A stretch of 53,538 nucleotides of DNA from Basidiobolus meristosporus CBS 931.73 (lineage: Eukaryota > Fungi > Basidiobolomycota). Where the stretch lies: assembly GCA_002104905.1 (NCBI GenBank), contig MCFE01000606.1:1-53538 (forward strand). Reading direction: 5' to 3'. The position numbers and the translations under genes are program-made. Numbering within the stretch: position 1 is the first letter of the stretch; the number at the start of each line of letters is the position of its first letter. Positions 46,712 to 53,538 of this stretch are shown in pieces. The notes under the pieces were generated by a model that was not told the origin of the DNA, made no database searches, and was given only the letters and a program-made list of their open reading frames with translations.

Positions 46712-48738
46712 AAGACTGGCCCAAAATCTGTTTGCTTACTTGAATCCAGGATAAAGCTCATGGAACTAGTCAAGTGCATTCTGCTTGGCATTGAATTCCT
46801 GATGGTCCCATGGTATGCTGGCCTTAAGGTGATGGCATGCTAGACTTCTGACAACCTCTTGAATATTAGCCCACATTTCATTATTGTTCCTAATGGCTTC
46901 ACAGATCTTCAATGATTTTTAGGCTTAGGTATAAACACCACATTGTCTCCTTCCCATGCTGTGATAGGTTTTTCTGTGGGCTTTATCTTTGGGCACTTTT
47001 ATTGTGCTTCAAACACTCTATGGTGTTCCTCAGCTGTTAGATTGGGAAATGGCCCAATTCTTGGCTGTGACATTGAGCTACTTGAGTCCCTTTTTTGCAG
47101 CAAAGATACTGCTTTCTCTACCTGGGATATTGATTGCTCTACACATATTTTCTGGTCATTTTTCTAGTCTATTTCCTGATTTCTCTGGGCCATTACATCT
47201 ATCCTATCAGCCACTGAACCTAATTACTTCATTAATGCTTTGGTATGAGCAGATAACTTTGCTTTGTTTTTTGGTGGCATATAAATGGAAGTGAGTCAAA
47301 CTAAATGGGAAATAGTGTTACATACACACAAGTATGTGGTGCCACAATTTTATTTTTAATGCTTACTATAGCATGTCATCTTTGAATTTTACATTCATGT
47401 AGTTGCAATGTCTCAAATACAAGACTGTCTTAAATTCACATGAGTATTGACCAAAAAGTGATATAATAGCATCACATTGTCAGAGGTCAAACTGTTTTTC
47501 CCATGGACAAGACTACTTTAACCCAACACTGTAAGAGAAGAGAAAAAAGACCATGTGACTATTGTAGCAAGCCTCTCAGCTATAAAGCATGCAGACAGCA
47601 TAGGAAGTATTATAAGGATCATGGCCAGTGTTTTGCCACACAAGTCATATTTGACCATTCATTGGTCACTACTGTACCAACATTATCTTGCTGGCCAGTT
47701 GATACTTCTATATTAGCACCTGGCCATCCTTGTCACCTTGCACAAACTGAGTCAGGTGAGTTTGTGATGCCTTTAGGCTCACCTCAGCCTTCTAAATATG
47801 GCATGCTGTGTGATAACTCTGACAAAGAAGGTTCACTGATGGATTGTGAGCCTATCTCCCCTAACAACAGTACCACATATGAGCCTGGTCAAATCCCAAT
47901 ATGCAATGAGACAGCACGCATTGAAACAAACGCCAAGAATACTCAATAGAGCCAAGTGAGCCCAGTGATCCATCTACTGGTGAATGATGTAATAATGTGG
48001 CTGGAGAAGTGGCATGATTCCACTAATATCTGTAATGGGGGCTTTAAGGATTTTACTACTACTTTTTGCCAAAATCATTCTGGGATGCAACTTACCATGT
48101 AATGGTACAAGTGGACAACTGACATGCAGCTGGCAAAATATGATCCAGACACTGTCCTGATTCAAGCACGTGTTAACAGTTGCATAGCATTCATATCCAA
48201 AAATGCTACCATTGCAACATGTCCAAATTGTCAGGAATCCACTGCCATTGAGGGATATATTGTTCACACTCTAGATATATTTTGGTGATACCCCATCTGA
48301 GGAAGCTAATGCAGTCTAACAAATATTGCAAAGCTACACAGTGCTGCACCCAGTATCAAGCATGTGCAAACATATCCAATATATTTGATGGCAAACATTA
48401 CAAACAGCTAAGAAGCAAGAGCTACTTTGAAGGTATGTATGACTATGCCTTTGCCTTAGCACTTGATGGATTCTCACTTAACAAGTACTCTACCAGCAAA
48501 TCCTGCTGGCCACTGATTCTCATTAATCTGAACCTACTGCCCATCTTACAGTACCAGAGGAATAATCCAATGGTAGTCTCACTGGTATCTGGGCCTAAAT
48601 CACCATCCAACCTGGATAAATTCTGCATGCTTTCCAGCACAATAACAGTAAATGGCTGTCATGTAAAAGTGCATATTATTATCTGCACTGGAGATACCCC
48701 AGCCATCAGCAAGATAGCAGGTTTTTTCTGGGCACAAT
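46712..48738 (+). mobile_element. CACTA-like fragment: ORF2 5' part (minus strand, 47280-46712) and transposase 5' part (plus strand, 47503-48738)
   Basis: Inverted homolog of 24720-27100. IFDGKHYKQL..ALDGFS..SCWPLIL..GDTPAISK, interrupted by PHIS copy 3. Confidence 0.85.
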
Positions 48739-50658
48739 AGACTTGTTCCACCATACCGTGCCAGGGCACGCAGTGCAATCTGTGGTTGTAAAGGACGATA
48801 GGGTGTAATATTATAGCTACCAGAATGCAGGATTGTTCTTGGACAATCTTGCACTTTGCAGGACAATCTTGCTCACTATGGCACAATCTGACACAATGAG
48901 GTTGGCACCAATGATTGTGCCAACTTGTAATGTTTGCATCATGTGTGCAATTGGATACCGCTATTATGGCAGGTAAAATCCAGTATTTGGATATGTTTCT
49001 TTAATGTAAATGGAAATAAATGTGTATCACACTATAAACTACACTGATACTTACCATTTTGGTTACCCCCACTCCAATTGGACAGTATCTCAGTGGTTAA
49101 TTGGTCCAAAAGTATCCTGAAGCTGGCAGCCCCCAATTGGCTCATTGACTACTAAAAAAGCTACCTGATTTGCCATCAAATATCCCATTTTGCCCATTGA
49201 GCAAGTAAATCCCTGATCCTAGTGATTGGACAAGGTGTCATAGCTAGCACATGAGCGATTGTGTTGGTGCAAAACAGATCCAATAGCTGCACTGGTATTA
49301 CAGATGACGTATATATATGCAGGGTGTTTATTTATAGGGGTTCTGTCTCAAATGTGAGATGACCTTGATATTACTTATATCAAAAATTTGATGATCACTG
49401 ATTTGCAATGGCTTGATTTGGATTGCAAAAAAAATGGGTTGTTGGGATCATTACAAATTTTAGCAATTCAAAGCAATTGCATCATCTTCTCCTGGTTTTT
49501 TTTCTCAAAGGGATTACTACTGAAGCATTTGGTAGTGACTCACTTTCCACACCTACACTACTTCCTGGCTGACTATCATCTTGGCTACTTGTGTATTTGT
49601 AGTCAGTATTTTACCTCCTAGTTCATTAGTGCAATGCTGTAGCTTGGCTGCGCTGAATTGCTCCAACTGAACCAACTGAACCAGCCTGTAGTGCCACGCG
49701 CTGACGCATTCTTTTACTTGCCAAGGGCTCTGGTGGTTGAGGCACTTCATGTTGGTCATCATCAGTCAGTTCACCAGAAGTAACTTGCTGATGGTCAGGC
49801 AAAACAGCACGTGCAGGTGCTCCTTGATGCGTTAAGATGGCCCTTGGCTGCGTTCAATGTGATGCTGCATGTTGACGCAACTTGGTCCACTCCAATGGAC
49901 TTGTGTCTAAATGAGCAGTTTGGCAAGTTCTTGTAGTTTTGCTCTGAAGCGCACGTGTTGACTCAATGCACGTTAACTCAATGCGGGGGATTCTGGTAAA
50001 GGGTGTTGGCATGGTCTGGACTGACATGCGCCAGCGCACTGTGGTTGCAAGAGATGGTTGGGAATCTAGCAAGGCATGCTGGTACAATCTGGACAATGTT
50101 GCTTGCGGTCTGTATTCTTCCTCCTGAAGCTCACCATCTGATTCTTTATGGTATTCACTTACCCTCTGTCTAATACTTTGGAGCTGTTGCCTGGATGAGT
50201 CCTGTGTATATTGCTCTTGGAAGCCACTTAGCTCTACTAATATATCACGTAGTACATTAGTTAATTGAGGCAAAAACTCATTCAAAATCTCTTTGGTTCC
50301 CAAAGTTGAGGCACAAAGGGACATGTCCGGCCCGTACTGTGCAAATTGCACGCAAAATCATTCCCGCGTGGCTTCTTTGTCAAATCCCCTCACTCTCAGC
50401 TCATTTTTGATTTCAATACTTGTCTTGTTATATATCTTCTTACATACATTGGCTGGCATCTTGATGTAGAACTCATGCCACAGCTTTCTACTCAAATTCT
50501 TCCATCTTTGTCAACTCTCTGAGGTATCTAGTTCTGCTAGATTAATCAGTAGTGCCCAAATATCTGTATGAAGGCTCATCATAGATACTTGGGCCATACT
50601 AAAATCATTTGGCAAGAACTTGAACGGATCCAACATTGACTTTTCCAGTCTGGACCGC
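48739..50658 (+). mobile_element. PHIS copy 3: left half (TIR, ORF2 pseudogene), CpG-eroded, cut by element X
   Basis: AGACTTGTTCC preceded by AAT. Collinear with 6809-8739. Confidence 0.9.
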
Positions 50659-50840
50659 TGTAGTGGGGTGACAATGACACCCACTGACAGATGTGCTCAT
50701 TCCCTTATTTTCTACTTCCCTATATCTCTACTACACTTATTTTAGTTTTATCCCATTTGTCTTACCCAATCAGTACTATCCCATAAGCCGGTTGACTATC
50801 ACACCTGCTTACCTTATTGCATAAGTTACCCCTCACTTTA

Positions 50841-51570
50841 TGTAAGATTACTAGCTATAAGTACTTCTATATTAGGCAAGTACCCGCGCCAGTACCCGTG
50901 ACACATGATCAGCCCGTGTCACCATCCCTACCATTTCCATACCATATATGGTATCCCCATGTTGCACAGGTTTCAGAATACTGATTCCTGATTGGTTGGA
51001 TGTGCTGTGCCTCTTAGAACCTTCCGGCACCTACTTAGAACATTCTTAGGTCATTCTGATGTCATTAAGATTTCTATTGAACTCCGGAACCTTCTGGAAC
51101 ACCATGATTAGTAATCACTTAGCCAGTGAGAAAAGTATATAAGGGAGGCTATCCCTCAACAATAAATCATCATCCCTTTTATCAATATACCGACTTGTTG
51201 ATTAGTGTGATCACTGCTACCTGCTGCTAACTGAACTTCCAACCCTAGACCACAGGACACTCCCAGGAAACCGCGCTGACAGCCAACTGACCTTGGAGGC
51301 ACTACTTGTGAGGAATACTCAGAGTAGGTATCTTTTATTATATTTGATTCTTTCCCAAGTTTGTTCTTGTACAGGCAAAGATACTTTTCTGTCTTTGTAA
51401 CTATTGACCACAGCTGCATTCTTATCAAGTCCCTGCTGGTGGAGTTTACAGTTGTTTTGACTTTGGAAGCTTTAGTACATTGTCATCTCAAAGGACGCTG
51501 AACCCAGCACATACTTTTGTTAAGACGCCAACTAAGTTGGGGATTGTAGCTCAATAGTTTTCCCTTGACA
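50841..51570 (+). repeat. Y-related solo LTR nested in the X LTR
   Basis: TGTAAG...CTTGACA. The 3' ~260 bp match the Y LTR at 19538-19800. No TSD found, so the 5' boundary is uncertain. Confidence 0.62.
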
Positions 51571-51733
51571 AGCTTGTGGCTTTATTCCCCTTCACATTAG
51601 ATTAGAGACAGAACCCAAGTATTCCTAGCAAGCTTTTGCCAGAGGTTATTGCACCCAGTGAACACCCCACACACAAAACACTTGAGAAGTGTTGGACGTA
51701 TCTCTCCCTTGGACCTATACACCACCACATATT

Positions 51734-51751
51734 TGGCACCCAATGTGGGGG
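51734..51751 (+). promoter_or_regulatory. tRNA-Lys(CUU)-type primer-binding site
   Basis: TGGCACCCAATGTGGGGG versus the canonical Lys1,2 PBS TGGCGCCCAACGTGGGGC. Two of the three mismatches are CpG transitions. Confidence 0.8.
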
Positions 51752-51870
51752 GTTCATACAAGCTCCCTAGGACCCAACAAGATTTACCTGAAGATTTGAG
51801 CTGTTATCCACCTATTGAAAAGAGACTACCGATATTACCAAGATTACAACACCAACATACCTGCCCAAAA

Positions 51871-53538
51871 ATGAACTCTATGCCATTACCACTCTCACAT
51901 GGAGCCCCACAGTTTGATGGAAAGAATGTGGAGAGCTTCATATTCAAATGGGAGAAGCTCTGCAAGATGTGCAGCCTATCTGAACAAGAAATGGCTGAAG
52001 ACTTCCCCTACTACTGCACCGATGAAATTACCACTAAGCTTCTCAGACAAGGAGACATTCTCACTGACTGGGCCTTAATGAAGACCTACCTACAGACCAA
52101 GTATGGTAGACCCCAGATATACTATGGAATTGAAGATCTCAGGCACTTTGGAAGAACTGGACTTTCCAAGCTACCACTTGAAGAGTTCATTCAACAGTAT
52201 GAAGATATGGCCAAGCCACTCCTAGAGTCCCAGGCTATAACTGAGTTTACCATGACACTTTACCTTGCACAAGGGCTTCCCCAGGACTTGGCAAGGAAAG
52301 TTGACTTACATGCTGCCAAGGATGACAAGTCTGGCATTCCTTGCTTTGCAGAAACGAAATGTGTTCTCCTAGAGGCAAAGCAAACTTCTACCTTTATGAG
52401 ACTCCTGACATCTAATCTGCCAGACCAGTCAACCAAGGAGCCAAGGAGTGCTGCTGCTGACAATCAGACCTACACTACTGACAGAATTGACCAACTTGCT
52501 GAACAGCTACAAAAGCTAGCCATCAAGATTAATGGCTCAGCTGAGGTTGCTACTGAGGGACAAAGACCTTTGCCCAGGCACTGCATCTGGTGTGACTCTA
52601 CTCAGCATGCCAGACGAGAATGCTCAGAGCTTAGCCAGCTACTCAGAGAAGGAGCAGTACAGTTTGATGCTGATGGAATGCTTGCTGACAAGGAAGGAAG
52701 AAGGATTCCCACTAATTTCTGAAGAGGAGGGATGAGAGCCCTTTTCCAGAAATCTGACTCAGCAACCAGAAAGATTACTGTTGATGCCCCTATTGGGACT
52801 CATAAAGTGAATTCAAGCAGCTCTGACAACAGACAATATGAAGTTGATGCCTTTGCTACCAAAAGACACCTCCCTGAAGAACCTGCCAAACCCATCCTTA
52901 GAAGACCACGATTTGAAGAACCTGAAGTTGTTATTGACAAGAGGCCTAGTATGCTGCCCACCCAAGATCCATTGCCTCACTTTCAGATGACCTCAAAGAT
53001 AGCAAGCTACTCAAGCCCTCAACTGATTACTGAGAAGCTGCTGAAGCAGAACCTCACTTTGTCGGTTGGAGAAATCATGAGTGTATCCCCATCTGTTAGG
53101 AAGACCTTTGATGAGCAGCTTAGAACAAGACGACAAGCTGTTGAACATATGGACACTCATATAATTCAGACAAACCATGAAGACCACCAAAAGGATGACA
53201 ACACTACTGAATATAAGACCTTCTACTCAGTTGCAACTGCTGTGGTGAAAGGGTATATATATGATGACCCTGTTGACTGCCATATTGACAGTGGCTCAGA
53301 GATTTGTGTTATGCCGCTAGACTTCTGGAAGACACTTAAAAGCAAGGAGCTACTGCCTGTTGATAGAGATATTGGATGGAACATGACTGATGCAAACTCA
53401 GGATCTAGTCCACTCTACGGTGTAGTGCACAAGTTCCCTATTGAGGTACAAGGAATCAAGGTCTGGCTTCCCCTCTTCATCTGCCAGAAGGCAAACTTTG
53501 ACCTTCTGCTAGGTAGACCATGGGAAACCAGTACTAAG
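51871..53538 (+). pseudogene. X Gag-Pol (gag, CCHC knuckle, protease) with a single TGA at 52720
   Basis: APQFDGKNVESFIFKWE, CIWCDSTQHARREC, HIDSGSEI, DLLLGRPW. The frame continues through the stop to the window end. Confidence 0.9.

Larger units (their letters stand above)
50659..53538 (+). mobile_element. Ty3/gypsy X copy 2: 5' LTR (50659-50840 plus 51571-51729), PBS, gag-protease; runs off the window
   Basis: TGTAGTGG...CCACCACA termini, Lys PBS and a single gag-pol frame. Confidence 0.88.

Noticed and set aside
51649-51870. N-terminal extension of X gag from the TTG at 51649 (likewise the GTG start at 10347)
   Set aside because: It runs through LTR and PBS sequence. The real start is more likely the ATG at 51871, and the 10347 ORF is a deletion artefact.
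1-53538. Numerous 60-120 aa ORFs in the supplied track as independent genes; classical CpA-directed RIP
   Set aside because: The short ORFs are antisense or alternate frames of TE genes or LTR sequence. The observed changes concentrate at CpG in all contexts, and CpA-rich ORFs remain open.

Overview
Eukaryotic, probably fungal, transposon nest. The fungal call is an inference from the yeast-type tRNA-iMet primer site and fungal-type gypsy and CACTA proteins. I found no host gene, rRNA, tRNA or CRISPR array. The window holds at least four Ty3/gypsy families, which I label G1 (368-bp LTR), X (tRNA-Lys PBS, single gag-pol ORF), Z (378-bp LTR) and Y (sushi/PEG10-like, with a -1 frameshift cassette). 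It also holds one Ty1/copia family (a full-length decayed copy plus solo LTRs), four copies of a two-ORF PIF/Harbinger-like (PHIS) DNA transposon, and about five decayed copies of a CACTA/EnSpm-like element with a divergent unknown ORF. Target-site duplications (TSDs) allow a nest up to six layers deep to be reconstructed over 1.9-24.7 kb. Old copies show pervasive CpG decay. Main observations: (1) a young PHIS transposon whose intact 885-nt transposase gene has zero CpG while its termini and ORF2 are CpG-rich, with two copies carrying complementary single nonsense lesions in ORF2, so an autonomous element can be rebuilt; (2) an unexplained ~350-codon extra ORF before the 3' LTR of gypsy Z; (3) a CACTA-like element with a head-to-head ~700-aa unknown ORF; (4) a complete G-GGA-AAC plus 11-bp hairpin frameshift signal. 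All family assignments come from motif recognition by eye; no database search was run.
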